A DNA stretch of 64,000 nucleotides from Klebsormidium nitens (taxonomy: Eukaryota > Plantae > Klebsormidiophyceae). The position numbers and the translations under genes were made by a program. The first letter of the stretch is position 1. Every line of letters starts with the position of its first letter. Under the pieces are notes generated by a model. That model was given only the letters and a program-made list of their open reading frames with translations. It ran no database searches and was not told the origin of the DNA. Positions 1 to 11,235 of the stretch are shown piece by piece. The stretch lies in NCBI GenBank assembly GCA_000708835.1, contig DF237217.1, positions 53,188-117,187 of the forward strand, written 5' to 3'.

Positions 1-2295
1 GAGTGCTGCTCGCTGTGCGGGCCTCATCCCAAGGTGAGCTCGTCAAGGCCCACTAGACTTCATCAATCTTGGACACGAGACTCTCATGTCTGTGCCGTCT
101 CTGCTGTCACCCAGCTCTCCTGCAGACCAAGGACATTAAGTAGAACGTTGTGCGGCCGGCCATACCCTCCCTCATCATACGTGATGATGTACACGAATTT
201 GAAAGTACACTTGTGCACACACGCAGGTGCTGCTTTGCGACGGCATCGTGGGGTTGGCGAGCACCGACGGCGCACAAAAGCCTAGGGGGCTTGGCAGCTC
301 CTCGCTCGACGCACGGCGCACGTTCTGCCACCCGAGCCGTCACTCGACCGGGGAGCTCCTCGAGAAGCGATCGATCTCGGGGCGCGACTACTGTGGGTCC
401 GGCCTCCATGGGGGAGGGATAAAGCGCAAGCTTTTGTTGCAACCGGAGCTACGAGAGGCGCTCGCACGACTGTCTCAGCATTGGCGGAGGGACGAGAAGC
501 TCGGGAAGAGGTTGTCAAGGGTGGATTTTGGGAACCTCATTGCCGGCTTGGCTCACGGAGACACCACAATCGTGAAGCCCTTTGGCGCCGAGGAGGCCGA
601 AGGCCCGCTCTCGGAGGACGGCAAAAGGCGAATGCTTGCTGAGCAGCTGTAAACGATTGTGCGGGACCGCAACCTGGCCGTCTTTGAGCTGCTGACGGGC
701 ATCCAGGCCGACTTCGAAAAGCGAGGGTTGAGCCCAGACCTGTGGGACCATTGGGTCGGCGAGTGGACGGAGCTCCTCTACTCCCTCGGCGCGCACGATT
801 CGGACGAGGACCTGATCGGAGTTGGCGCGCTGCACGTGGTGCGGAAGCTCTTGCTGGGCGGCGAGGCCTCTCTCAAGGACCGCCGCGAGTTGGGACGAGA
901 TGCGCCCATCTTGCGGCGGCTCTTGGACTTATATGGAGGGCTCACGTTTCCGGCCTTCTTCATGCGCACCCTCCATCACCTGTACCTGCTCGCGCTCCTC
1001 GCGCGGGGGGCAACGGGGTTCGAATCCGAGGGGCGGTTTGGTTGGGTGCACGAGGCAATCGACTCATTTGAACGAGCTGTCGTCCTTCTTGCGGAGGGCC
1101 GAAGGCGCCCCCTTAGCATTGAGGAGCGCCGACGGCTGGACGAGGCTCGAGGGTTGGCGAACGAGCTGCTCCCAGGAGTTGAGAGGCTGGAGCCGAACGC
1201 GGAGCAATGGGAGAGCATGAGCAACCACGAGCGCTCGCTTTTGAGAGAGAGGCTAGGACGAGACGAGGAGGGAGGCGGCCTGCATCCGCTTCCGTCAGAG
1301 CATAGCTTCCGTGCCGAGCAAGACGCTCTTGCGTGCTACAGCCTTCTCGGTTGGGAACAGAAGCGGGGCTTGCCGCACTACTCGAGCTTCGAGCATCCGG
1401 ACGGCCGGAGCAAGAGCTCAGAGGAGTTCAAATGCGCCACGGGAAAGACCGTGACCCAGTGGGATGCGGAGAATGTAGTCGGGTTGGTGAAAGCGGCCGG
1501 GAAGCTCTCGGGAAAGAAGGGAAACGCCAGCAAGCGGCCGAATAGAAGCAGAGGGGTCTTTGTGTTTTGTTGCCCCCACAGAGTGATCTACGGGTTCCAC
1601 ACAATGCTGCGCGGGGAGAGCCCTCGAGACCCATTTACGGTCCTTTTCACGCGGCTCAGACGCGAGGACTTGCCCGAAATCCTCGTATACGACAACGCGT
1701 GTGCGCTTCGCAACTACTGCATGCGCCGGGCGCCGGCTCACTTTGCCAAGGTTCGGTTTGTAGTCGACAGGTGAGAAGTCGCCCTTTCAAGTATTGGTAT
1801 GGGGCTTCAACAATTCGTGTACATTCGGACTTATTTGCAGTGGGCGTTGTTGCAGAGCCTTTTGTCATCCAACGTTTGCGTGTACATTGGAACACATTTG
1901 CAGTTGCGCCGGGATGAGAGTTGTGATCGTTGGATCGAAATGTGTACATTGATTCCAATTTTGCGAATAAAGACCGATGTACACTTTCCATGTACAGGTT
2001 CCACTATGCAAAGGCTGGAGCAGAAGTACACAAGTGCGGCCCCTCCAATTGTCCAGAGAGCTACTGCGGACTACACTGGGTGAACACGTCGGCCGTGGAG
2101 TCAGTTAACAGCTTTCTCAAGGGCTTTAGGGGTCTGGGGTGGTATTCAGGGCTTGACAACCTCATGGTGATACTGCCTCTGCTCCTCGGCGGCTATAACA
2201 GCTCTTTAAGACGAGTCGACAACGCCAAGCTTAGCATCGCGATTGGAGCGGCTGTTTGGGTGGTTGGGATTCGAAGAAGACTCTTGCTAGGCTAG
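1..2295 (+). pseudogene. KDZ-superfamily (HMGXB3/Zisupton-like) transposase, 5'-truncated by the window edge, with an in-frame stop
   Basis: Exons 1-33, 227-1770 and 1998-2295, joined by GT-AG introns 34-226 and 1771-1997, give CSLCGPHPKVLLCDG ... FCCPHRVIYGFHTMLRGESPRD ... VYDNACAL ... VVDRFHY ... NTSAVESVNSFLK. These motifs match KDZ/HMGXB3-type transposase domains. In-frame TAA at 650-652. Confidence 0.7.
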
Positions 2296-2329
2296 CACGA
2301 CGTTCTGCCGTACTTGTGGCTTCTCTTAT

Positions 2330-2810
2330 TTATGATACAAAGATTGATACAAGATTTGAGTACTGTATCAGGCTGTAAACGATACATAATGTGTCTTTTG
2401 ATGCCGTCAAAATGTTTGCAATGGGTGTGGTGCGGTGTCGACGGGGAATGAATTTTGATTTTTGGGACAAGATCATGTCGAAAATGGCGATTTTTTTCCT
2501 GATACAAGTGATACAAATGATACACAAATTGGCGGCTTGTGGCTCTCTATATAAGACTTTTTTTTTTTCCCAAAAAACTTTCATATACTTATGTGTGTAT
2601 CATGTATCATTTGTATCACGCCAAAAGGACGCGTCTCCCACCAACTAACCATTGCAAGGAGTGATGTGTCCTAACTACTTCGTTTTTTGCACACCTTTGA
2701 CAACCAAAGTCCATCACAATTGCATCAAAAAGAAAAGATGAACGACGTTCGAGAGCTGATACACGCCCGTTTGAAATGGGCATTATCTTGTATCACCGTG
2801 TATCACGCCC
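2330..2810. repeat. Cluster of about 12 TGATACA/TGTATCA heptamers in both orientations, some as 9-bp-spaced tandem copies
   Basis: For example TGATACAAGTGATACAAATGATACA near 2500-2525 and TGTATCACCGTGTATCA near 2790-2805, in an AT-rich spacer between the convergent transposase and primase-helicase genes. Confidence 0.75.
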
Positions 2811-2865
2811 CAATTTGCCCCCCTTCTTCTTTATCCGTTGGCACTTTTTCTATCTGTTCGTTCAT

Positions 2866-5769
2866 CTAATCTTTGTCGGTCATCGGATCTTTGTCGGTCC
2901 TCAAACGGATTCCAAAGAACCCTCTTCCTCGATCACTTGGAGACTTATTCAGCTTTTGAATCATTCGGCCCGTCCCCTTTGGAGGATCCTGCGGGAACCC
3001 CTTCAAGAGCATTGCTCTTGCCAAGCCATCGCCCGCCAGTCTCGTATCATGTCGACCAGCATACAGAAAGTTCATAAAGGCCTCAACAAAATCAACCTTA
3101 GCAACACTCTCGTTGCTTCCTTTGATGCAAGCCTCGTCTATGAAAGCTTGAAGTTTATCATTCTCCTCCGCATACTCCTTGGCAGCCACATTGAATTCTT
3201 CGGGGATAGGTGAGAGAACTTTTGAGGCAGGGGCAAGTGCCTTTTTGGCATAATACATGGCCGCTCCCTGAACGCAAAAGTCCAGAGTGTCTGCTGCACC
3301 CTCGTCCGATTCAAGGTATGGCGTGAGGCTCAAGTCAATGGGCTTGTGCCATTTGTTGCTTTTATCGAGCTTGTCGGGGTTTTTGAACGTGTAGTTGAAC
3401 ATGATGAGTACAAGTCGTCGGATCAATGCAGCATCGTCGCTTGGAAAATGCGGCCTATAATTTGTAAACAAGCAGAGCTTGAATTGTGGCATGTAGGTTT
3501 GATGCTTGCAAAACAGTTCGCGTGCATTGAGTCTGCCGCCTCCACTTGTCTGCTTCACAAAGGATGTATTGAGCTCTTCGACTCCTTCCGATTCGTCGTG
3601 TGTGACAAACCTCTTCGTTCGGATCTGCATGAGGTGAGTTGATGCCGTGGATGCGTTGGCCCTGAAGGAGGGCTTGATGAAGATTGCCTTCTCCCCAACG
3701 CAAGAGTAGCCTCCTAGTGCCCTTTCGAGTGCTCGCAACAGCGTGGTTTTACCATTCGCTCCACTGAAGCCGTTTGCGATGACAAAAAGCTCCTCCGATG
3801 TCTCGCCCGTAAGACAATATCCCAAGAACATTTGAAGCCACACAATCGCCGATGGTGGTAGAACATCCATCAGAAATGTCCGGAATCTGGCAGTTGATCG
3901 TGTGGAAGCACCCGGGATGTACTTGCACGTCTGATTGTTGCAGAGGTTCTGGGGGTGATGGGGCAGAAGTTTTCCCGTTCGAAGATTAATCAAGCCATTT
4001 GGGGCGTTGGCAACCGCACGATCCTGATCAAATTTGTCAAGCAAACCGGGCACGTGCAATTCGTTGAACGCGGAGTGCATACACTTGCGCACGTCGACAA
4101 TATCTTGCACATTGATCTTGCCAAAGTCGGGCATGCTCTCGTCACGCTCCTTCATGCACGCTTCTGTAGCCAGCTTGATCTTTCTCAGCTGCTTTGAATT
4201 AAGCTCGTCTATCTTGAGAGGCCTCAAAACGCCATCCACCACAAAACCCTCCAAATCCGGATGCTTTGAGTACAGAGCCCCCAGAGCTTTCTCCCGCTGT
4301 CTCTCATACCATGATAGCAAACAACCCATCTGATTTGTGAACACGCTGGTAACAAGGTTCGACGTGTCTTGCACCCACGAGGAACCATTCCATGCAAAAA
4401 AGAGCTGGTCTCGACTCTTCTCCACCTCGTTGGTGGTTGCAAGGATACGGCCCTCGATCATGTACAGGTAGGCGAACAGGCGTCCGAGATTGGCGTATGC
4501 CTTTGGAGCCGCATGCTCAACAACGTTTTTGAGCAACAAATTCTGGACTTCTCGCGTTCCTCTCGTGTATTGAGTGACAACTTGCATATCGTCGTAAGGA
4601 TCCACGGGCTCTGTGGTTGCATCTTGCAAGGCAGCCTTGAGGTCGTCCAAGACCCCAAGCTTTTTGACCGGCTTGTGGGAGCATTCGTTGCCATGACAGC
4701 GATAGTAGACATTCAGGCCTCTTTTGAGGAGGTTGAAATTGTTGCTTCCCGAGTGCATATGGCCAAGGAAGCACCTTCGAGGCCCATGCGTTCTGTAGCA
4801 ATAGTACGTCCCATAAAGGCCGTGTGACAGCGACCCTGCGTATGTGCTCGTCGTATCGCCGACCTCTTTGAGCATCTCAGCCAGTTTAGCCAGGAAGAGG
4901 TCTTTGCTGTGTGGCGACCCAGAGCTCACGGACGGCGGATTGAGCTCAATGCTTGAAGCCTCAACGCCCTCTAATCCTGATGCATCCACGAACCCTGCCA
5001 ACTCGGATCCAACGCTTGAGCTCTCTTCCTCTTCTTCCGTCGTCGCGCACTTGCCGGCATTGTTGTTTACTAACTCGGTGAGCCATTGAGGCATATTTTG
5101 GCATGCGTCGTAGCTTGGCGGGCCGTTAAGCCACTGGTACGTCTTGAGCTCACCTTGGCCATCCACGTAGCTTGCCGGTTGCGCGAACATCACCCCTCCT
5201 ACGCCACGACCATCCACCCCAAAAACCTTGCCATCAACCTTCATAGTGGAAAAGTTACGTGTGCGTTTGAGGCCCGGTGAATTTGATTTAAAGTAGTAAT
5301 GCAAACCTCCCGATCCACTCTTTGCTTTTAGTGTGTTTGGTTCTCCATGGATAGCGACAAGTCGATTCCAAAGTTCGGTTCCCGGATCCTTTGTGTTATC
5401 GCCGGTGACATCAATATCGATTCCCATGATGCCGCTAGCCTCTGTCAATATCGCAACTCCATTTGCATTTCGAAAATCTCGCAATGTTTTATTGATGGCC
5501 ATCTCCCACGACTCGGGAGTCGTCATATGCGCCCACTTTGGAAATTGAGCAGCCTTTTTGGCTTTTGCGGGTTCCCCCTCGGCATCTTTTTTTCCCTTGC
5601 CGGAATCCCAGTACATGCGTATCGGTATAGCAAACAGGCCGACATCACACAGTCGTTGGATCTTGTCTCCGATGGCTTTCGGCCCTAGGCCTCTGGCCTC
5701 TCTGGTGGCCTGGGGTCCTGGGGCGCTGGCTTGTTCCATGCCTGGTGCGGACATGTTCTTGTGTAGCAC
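2866..5769 (-). CDS. Bifunctional primase-polymerase (Prim-Pol, AEP fold) fused to D5-like SF3 helicase; intact and intronless, about 960 aa
   Basis: Prim-Pol motifs GIMGIDIDV, SGSGGLHYYF, DGRGVGG. Cys/His region CFLGHMHSGSNNF...YRCHGNEC. D5_N-like NAPNGLINLRTG. Walker A GFSGANGKTT, Walker B FVTHDES, motif C LFTNY, ALIRRL, and a wHTH-like C-terminus. First ATG is about 5756. Confidence 0.9.
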   Translation of the reverse strand: MLHKNMSAPGMEQASAPGPQATREARGLGPKAIGDKIQRLCDVGLFAIPIRMYWDSGKGKKDAEGEPAKAKKAAQFPKWAHMTTPESWEMAINKTLRDFRNANGVAILTEASGIMGIDIDVTGDNTKDPGTELWNRLVAIHGEPNTLKAKSGSGGLHYYFKSNSPGLKRTRNFSTMKVDGKVFGVDGRGVGGVMFAQPASYVDGQGELKTYQWLNGPPSYDACQNMPQWLTELVNNNAGKCATTEEEEESSSVGSELAGFVDASGLEGVEASSIELNPPSVSSGSPHSKDLFLAKLAEMLKEVGDTTSTYAGSLSHGLYGTYYCYRTHGPRRCFLGHMHSGSNNFNLLKRGLNVYYRCHGNECSHKPVKKLGVLDDLKAALQDATTEPVDPYDDMQVVTQYTRGTREVQNLLLKNVVEHAAPKAYANLGRLFAYLYMIEGRILATTNEVEKSRDQLFFAWNGSSWVQDTSNLVTSVFTNQMGCLLSWYERQREKALGALYSKHPDLEGFVVDGVLRPLKIDELNSKQLRKIKLATEACMKERDESMPDFGKINVQDIVDVRKCMHSAFNELHVPGLLDKFDQDRAVANAPNGLINLRTGKLLPHHPQNLCNNQTCKYIPGASTRSTARFRTFLMDVLPPSAIVWLQMFLGYCLTGETSEELFVIANGFSGANGKTTLLRALERALGGYSCVGEKAIFIKPSFRANASTASTHLMQIRTKRFVTHDESEGVEELNTSFVKQTSGGGRLNARELFCKHQTYMPQFKLCLFTNYRPHFPSDDAALIRRLVLIMFNYTFKNPDKLDKSNKWHKPIDLSLTPYLESDEGAADTLDFCVQGAAMYYAKKALAPASKVLSPIPEEFNVAAKEYAEENDKLQAFIDEACIKGSNESVAKVDFVEAFMNFLYAGRHDTRLAGDGLARAMLLKGFPQDPPKGTGRMIQKLNKSPSDRGRGFFGIRLRTDKDPMTDKD

Positions 5770-5861
5770 AAGAAAAAAAAGGCGTCAATCAAACGCACCT
5801 CTAATCCAGACCGCGGTCGAGGCACAGCAAAAATAATCTCATATATCAGCAGGACTTAGAG

Positions 5862-6221
5862 ATGGTCCATCAAATGCACGAGAGCTTTTTGAATCCCTCT
5901 GACAAGACCTCGGATATGCATGTTCCATGCCCGTGTCAAGCTTGCCAAAAGCACAGGGAATACGCAAAAACTCATCCGGAGCAGCACAATGCTAACATGA
6001 GGGCATACTATCATCGACATCACGAAGCAATTTTACTACGCAAGGCGTATCAGAGGTATGTGAGTGGTCGAACAAAGAAGCTTCATAAGACCACAACTCA
6101 ACGATTGATTGATGCTGGCTTTGACATGCCTCAAGTAATGGCCTCTTTGAATACGCTGGATGAATCCAGAGTACCAACCGTTCCAATGAGCTCGTTCACA
6201 GCAGGTATCGAAGTTTCCTAA
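5862..6221 (+). CDS. Small hypothetical protein (119 aa), virus-like basic helical motif
   Basis: ATG-initiated ORF divergent from the primase. It has CPCQACQKH and REYAKTHPEQ...RAYYHRHHEAILLRKAYQRY, resembling small DNA-binding proteins of large DNA viruses. This resemblance is by eye only. Confidence 0.5.
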   Translation: MVHQMHESFLNPSDKTSDMHVPCPCQACQKHREYAKTHPEQHNANMRAYYHRHHEAILLRKAYQRYVSGRTKKLHKTTTQRLIDAGFDMPQVMASLNTLDESRVPTVPMSSFTAGIEVS

Positions 6222-6260
6222 ACGAGCTGTTCAAGTGGCAAGTGGACGAATTTAAACCGT

Positions 6261-6720
6261 TCAAAATTTAATACGCGATCCGTCCGGTAAAAATTTGAGC
6301 TCATAGTGGCGCATCGCTATTGGCGCTGTGTGCAACATTGACTTGGCAAGCTGGTCCCTTTCATAGAGGCTTGGTGCATCCTTCATTGCATTGCTGACCG
6401 TGATTTTTCTCAAAAGGCACGAACCCAGATTCGAATCCGGATAAATGGCCGCCAAGAATTTTGTGAGATATCCTGATCCCATTGGGGCGTCTGGTGTCCT
6501 CATTCGACTGAGCAGGTACTTTCGCGGGAAGATAGCAAGGCTTTCAGCAATCACGTTGCCCAGTCGGACCGGTATGTCAAAAACCTGCGGCCCGTGTGCC
6601 TTGTCGGTCTTGTACGAGTTCAGATGGAGCCTATAGCTGCCCTTTGCATACTCCAGGAGGTAGTTGCGAGATCCAGACATTAGCTCACGTGCGGCGGTGC
6701 TCCCAACCTCTTCAAAGCCC
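6261..6720 (-). CDS. Tyrosine recombinase, C-terminal catalytic half (N-terminus lost in the gap)
   Basis: LNSYKTDKAHG (catalytic Lys region), GSCLLRKITVS (xxxR), LAKSMLHT (His) and MRHY (Tyr nucleophile), in the order expected for the tyrosine-recombinase fold. Confidence 0.75.
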
Positions 6721-7027
6721 NNNNNNNNNNNNNNNNNNNNNNNNNNNNNNNNNNNNNNNNNNNNNNNNNNNNNNNNNNNNNNNNNNNNNNNNNNNNNNNN
6801 NNNNNNNNNNNNNNNNNNNNNNNNNNNNNNNNNNNNNNNNNNNNNNNNNNNNNNNNNNNNNNNNNNNNNNNNNNNNNNNNNNNNNNNNNNNNNNNNNNNN
6901 NNNNNNNNNNNNNNNNNNNNNNNNNNNNNNNNNNNNNNNNNNNNNNNNNNNNNNNNNNNNNNNNNNNNNNNNNNNNNNNNNNNNNNNNNNNNNNNNNNNN
7001 NNNNNNNNNNNNNNNNNNNNNNNNNNN
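6721..7027. other. Assembly gap (run of N)
   Basis: 307 consecutive N. Confidence 1.
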
Positions 7028-7383
7028 TGGTTTTCGTGTCAAATCATCAAACACGTTGCGGAGCAGCTGTTCTGTTGACAACGAGGTTCTTATAACCTTT
7101 GTGGTTGCATCTGAAGCTGTCATGCCTAGGGTATCTAGATACTGAGGAAAAAAAGATGAACGGCATCTGGCCGCGAAGTGCTCAGATACCGAATTTCCGT
7201 GTTCATCTTTCTTTTCACGGTTTTGGTGCGTCTAGGAGCTTTTCATGGTTATCTCACACGCAAAGACTTCTAAAACCCGGCATAGGGGCTTTTACGCCAC
7301 TCCACTATCGGCCGATATCTGAATATTGCCAGATACACGAATATGGGTGTACAGAATCTCTAAAACGGGGCCTTTTCAGCAAT

Positions 7384-7944
7384 TCAGTATGTGGGAGAGG
7401 CATTGCCATGTGGGGATTCGGTGGCATGGCGAATTTTGTTGGGATTTGCAAGCGCCTCTAATTCCAAGATTGGTGCCTCACTCCACACGATGCTAGGGGC
7501 ATATTGGGCACTCGATGGAGAACGGGCTCGGATGTCTGTGCAAGCGGTTGCAAGATCCGACTCTCGTTCATGCAACATGTTCTTTGATTGGGATTCCTTT
7601 GAGCGTAGCTTCTTTGCTTGACGTTGAGCGCGAGACGCGTTCTTAAGGGCAACCCGCCAACTGACCTTGACAGCAAATGGACCATGGATGCCGCTTCGAT
7701 CCCAGTAAGAGTGAAACCCTTCAGCATTTAGGGATCGTGCTAGCGCTCGAGTGATGTGACGCAGATTGAACGGTTCGGCGAGGGCGCGGATTCCCGCTAG
7801 GGCTGCTGGTTCAAGAATCGTTTCAAGCATCCCAAACTCTCTATAGAATCTCACTATTGCGGTCTTTCCACTCTCAAAGACAGCTCGATCCATCTGCTCG
7901 ATTGCAAACGTTGTTGGAGGACGATAGCCCAAGATTGCATCCAT
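7384..7944 (-). CDS. Hypothetical protein (186 aa)
   Basis: ATG-initiated open frame with protein-like composition, co-oriented with the HIRAN ORF. No family recognised. Confidence 0.45.
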   Translation of the reverse strand: MDAILGYRPPTTFAIEQMDRAVFESGKTAIVRFYREFGMLETILEPAALAGIRALAEPFNLRHITRALARSLNAEGFHSYWDRSGIHGPFAVKVSWRVALKNASRAQRQAKKLRSKESQSKNMLHERESDLATACTDIRARSPSSAQYAPSIVWSEAPILELEALANPNKIRHATESPHGNASPTY

Positions 7945-7989
7945 CGTGAGGCTATAGTACGTTCGACAAAAGAAATGTTACACGCTTGC

Positions 7990-8418
7990 TCATTCTTCTT
8001 CCAAGCCCCGTGATTCTCCTGGTCTCTTGATGACAATCTGACAAATGGATGTAACATTTAGAGAAGGAGCCATCTTGCTGCAGTCTGCAGAGTCCGCAAT
8101 GATTGCTATTGTGAAACCCCATGGCCCGCGGCCGCCCCTGCCTCGGTTGATACGATAGACTCTTGCTGGCAACCCCAGACCCGCACGAACAGGCTCGAAA
8201 ACTCCGTGGTGCTTATCACCGCGTCCAATGAAGCCGAGTGGCATACTGCAATCGGCCGAGTGGAAGATGGCAATTGCATATGAGTCGAAGCCGTTTCCCA
8301 AATGCTTCAGGAGCACGAGCTCTTGGCCGACCCTCAAATTACGAACTGCATCCTGTCTATTGTTGAAGGTCACTCTAACCGCTCGGCATAGCGTGTGGCC
8401 ATCGGGGAGCTGCTCCAT
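7990..8418 (-). CDS. Stand-alone HIRAN-domain protein
   Basis: VRVTFNNRQDAVRNLRVGQELVLLKHLGNGFDSYAIAIF...LGFIGR fits the HIRAN pattern (G..l.L.rE..N..D..Ai.V....lGy). ATG at 8418. Confidence 0.65.
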   Translation of the reverse strand: MEQLPDGHTLCRAVRVTFNNRQDAVRNLRVGQELVLLKHLGNGFDSYAIAIFHSADCSMPLGFIGRGDKHHGVFEPVRAGLGLPARVYRINRGRGGRGPWGFTIAIIADSADCSKMAPSLNVTSICQIVIKRPGESRGLEEE

Positions 8419-8429
8419 TGCAAGGTCGA

Positions 8430-9020
8430 GAGATGACGTTCTTTGGTCCAAGCGTTGGCCCTAAGTGTATAAGCGTCGATAAAACCGTTAAACTAATGGC
8501 ACGAAGGTGTTTGAGTCTCCGAGTTAGGCTCACATACCTTTTTGGGTCGAGCGGCATGCTTGATGACATTAGCAGCCATGCCAACAATATTGCACCATAA
8601 TGAATGGTACAAAGGTGTCCGAGTGTCCGAGTTTCTCACGTACCTTTTTGGGTCGACCATGCTTGATGACGTCAGCAGCCATGCCAGCAATATTGCATCG
8701 TAAAGAATGGTACAAAGGTGTGTCCGAGTTTCTCACGTACCTTTTTGGGTCGACCATGCTTGATGACGTCAGCAGCCATGCCGCCAACGATCCATTGTAA
8801 TTGACGGTGCAAAGGTGTCCGAGCGTCCGAGGTTTTTACGTACCTTTTGAGAGCGACCCCCTTGATGACGTCAGCAGCCATGCCGCCAATGATCGTTGTA
8901 ATCCATGGCGCGAAGGTGTCCGAGCGTCCGAGTTTCTCACATACCTTTTTGAGTCGAGCATGCTTGATGACGTCAGCGTCCATTCCCCCAACCCTTCCAC
9001 AATGATTGACGGCGCGAAGG
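8430..9020 (-). repeat. Family A tandem array 1 (5-6 units, ~100 bp)
   Basis: Repeated GATGACGTCAGCAGCCATG at about 8560, 8665, 8761, 8863 and 8965, alternating with GGTGTCCGAGTGTCCGAGTTT. Confidence 0.9.
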
Positions 9021-10489
9021 TTTAATTTGGCAAGGCTCCTGGCTCGGTTGACGATAAGCCGCAGTTCAATTTGCAACCGTAGGCCTGGCCTATGGCTGTT
9101 AAAAGTAGTGCAACTATGCTACTCGAGTTTTAGACCAAGACTTTGACATGGGGCATCAGCCATTCCATTCCACTCGAAAAACATGGGGTTGTACACGAGG
9201 TTTACAACCATGATGTGTGGTATTGTAGACCTACTAATTTGACATTACGTGCAAATCCAATTGGCTAAAGCAAAGAGTCTTTGAGAGTTGTCAATGTACA
9301 TTGGTACATCCGCAGGGTTGGTAAGGTTCTTCCCAAAGGCATACAAAATAAATACCAAAGTGAGGGTGTTACTACAAGTCACACCTAGGGCATCTAAGCT
9401 TTCTCTAAAAAGGAGGGCAATATGTACATCTCAGAACCTGTGCTCTACCAATTCAAGCAAGGCCAAAAGAAAGACGGTAATTGGCTCTAAGGGCGGGCGC
9501 AGATCGTCAATCATACTCGCACTTGAAGCCTACGTAGCATGAGCTCCGCTGGGATGACCCGTCATAACGGCCGGCTCGCTTCGTTCTCGCCAAACCCTTC
9601 TCTCGCATCTGCCTAGCCAACTCCTCCTTGGCAATCTTGACCCCCGTGAATCTCTGGAACTGCGTCCAGAACTCGTCCTCCCATGTGACGGTCTTGGCAT
9701 TGTCGGGCGTCTCCGGCAGGTCGTGCACGCAGTGCTCCGACTGCAGGAAGATCTGCAGCTTGTCTCCGCGCCCCAGCCATGCCATCGAGGCCGCCTGGAC
9801 GGCCGGCGGATGCGTGCGCAAGACCGTGGGGTCCTCGTACCAGGCCCGACTTCCCTGGACGAGGAACGTAAGGAACTCCTCGCGGACCGCCTGACTCTCC
9901 ATCCGGTCCTTCAACCCAATGTCCACGTGCCTGTGGTTTGGGTTGGTCTCGTCAAACTTGTTCTCGGTCACGTACTCGTTTGGGAAGCGGACCACGATGA
10001 GGCGGCGGTCGATGTTTGGCTGCTTGGCTAGGGTCGGGGGGATTTCGGGGTCGTAGTTGGTCTGGATGAAGGGCGTGTGGGTGAAGCGGAAGGAGACGTT
10101 GTTTTGGTAGAGGAGCCGGGAGGAGACCTTGCCCCCGCCGGTCATCATGAGCACGTTCCCTAGGTCAACGCGCTCGCCCGGGCTCGTCTCGTCCGTCACG
10201 GCCACCCGCTTCCCCTGGAGCTCGGCGAGGTAGCCCGTGGCGGCGCCCTTGGACGGCGGGTGTTGTCCGGGGGCCTTGACCACGGCGTCCTTGGACATGA
10301 CGCCGTAGTAATCGCCCAGCGTGGTCTCCAGCATCTGCTTGCATACTCCTTTGCCATTCCCTGCACGAGAAAGGGGATGAAAAGCACGTGAGCGGGCATC
10401 TGAAATGGAGCTAGAGGATTCGTGATGGACAAACAAATGAAAGCAAAATGGGCGTGATCATTTATCCCAGCACATCATCGGTCAAGGAT

Positions 10490-11235
10490 GGTTGGTGACA
10501 TCATTCTAGAGCAACGAAAGGAAGGCGAGTGCTCAACAAATTGGGACACTCGAAACGTTCGCGCCACCAATCACAGTGGACTATTGGTGGAATGGCTGCT
10601 GACTCATAAAGGGGGTCGACCTCAAAACTTTCGTCCAAAACTCGGACACTTGGACACCTTCGCGCCATCAATTACACTCGAAAAGTGCAGGGAATGGCTG
10701 CTGACGTCATCAAGGGGGTCGACCTCAAAATTTTCGTAAAAAACTCGGACACTTGGACACCTTTGCGCCATCAATTACGAGCGAAAAGTGCAGGGGTTGG
10801 CTGCTAACGTCATAAAGGGGGTCGACCTCAAAACTTTCGTCAAAAAACTCGGACACTTGGACACCTTCGCGCCATCAATTACAAGTAAAAGTGCAGGGAA
10901 CGGCTGCTGACGTCATCAGGGGGGTCGACCTCACAACTTCGGTCAAAACTCGGACACTTGGACACCTTCGCGCCATCAATTACAAGTAGAAAGTGCAGAG
11001 AATGGCTGCTGACGTCATCCAAGGGGGTCGAAATCTATTGTCCTAGGCTGAGCCTAGGACTCGGACCTACAATCTAAAAGGATGCACAGAAGGTGTGTTA
11101 AAAAAGTGGAGACACTGGAGCATCTTCTCACCACCAGTCACAGGGGTTTTTGTGGAAACTTTGCTCACGTCAGCAGAGGGGTCGACCTGGAAAGGGCGTC
11201 CAAGACTCGGATACTAGGACACGTTCGCGCCATCG
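10490..11235 (+). repeat. Family A array 2 (6-7 units) inside intron 11317-10361 of primase-helicase copy 2
   Basis: GCTGCTGACGTCATC-like cores at about 10596, 10698, 10800, 10903 and 11005, each with AAACTCGGACACTTGGACACC. Confidence 0.9.

Noticed and set aside
6596-7123. ORFs running through poly-X
   Set aside because: Artefacts of translating the N gap.
9020-9470. Degenerate minus-strand reading frame (…FRESLDALGVTCSNTL…IPHIMVVNLVYNPMFFEW…)
   Set aside because: It has three stops in about 140 codons and no recognisable motif, so it is not clearly different from chance.
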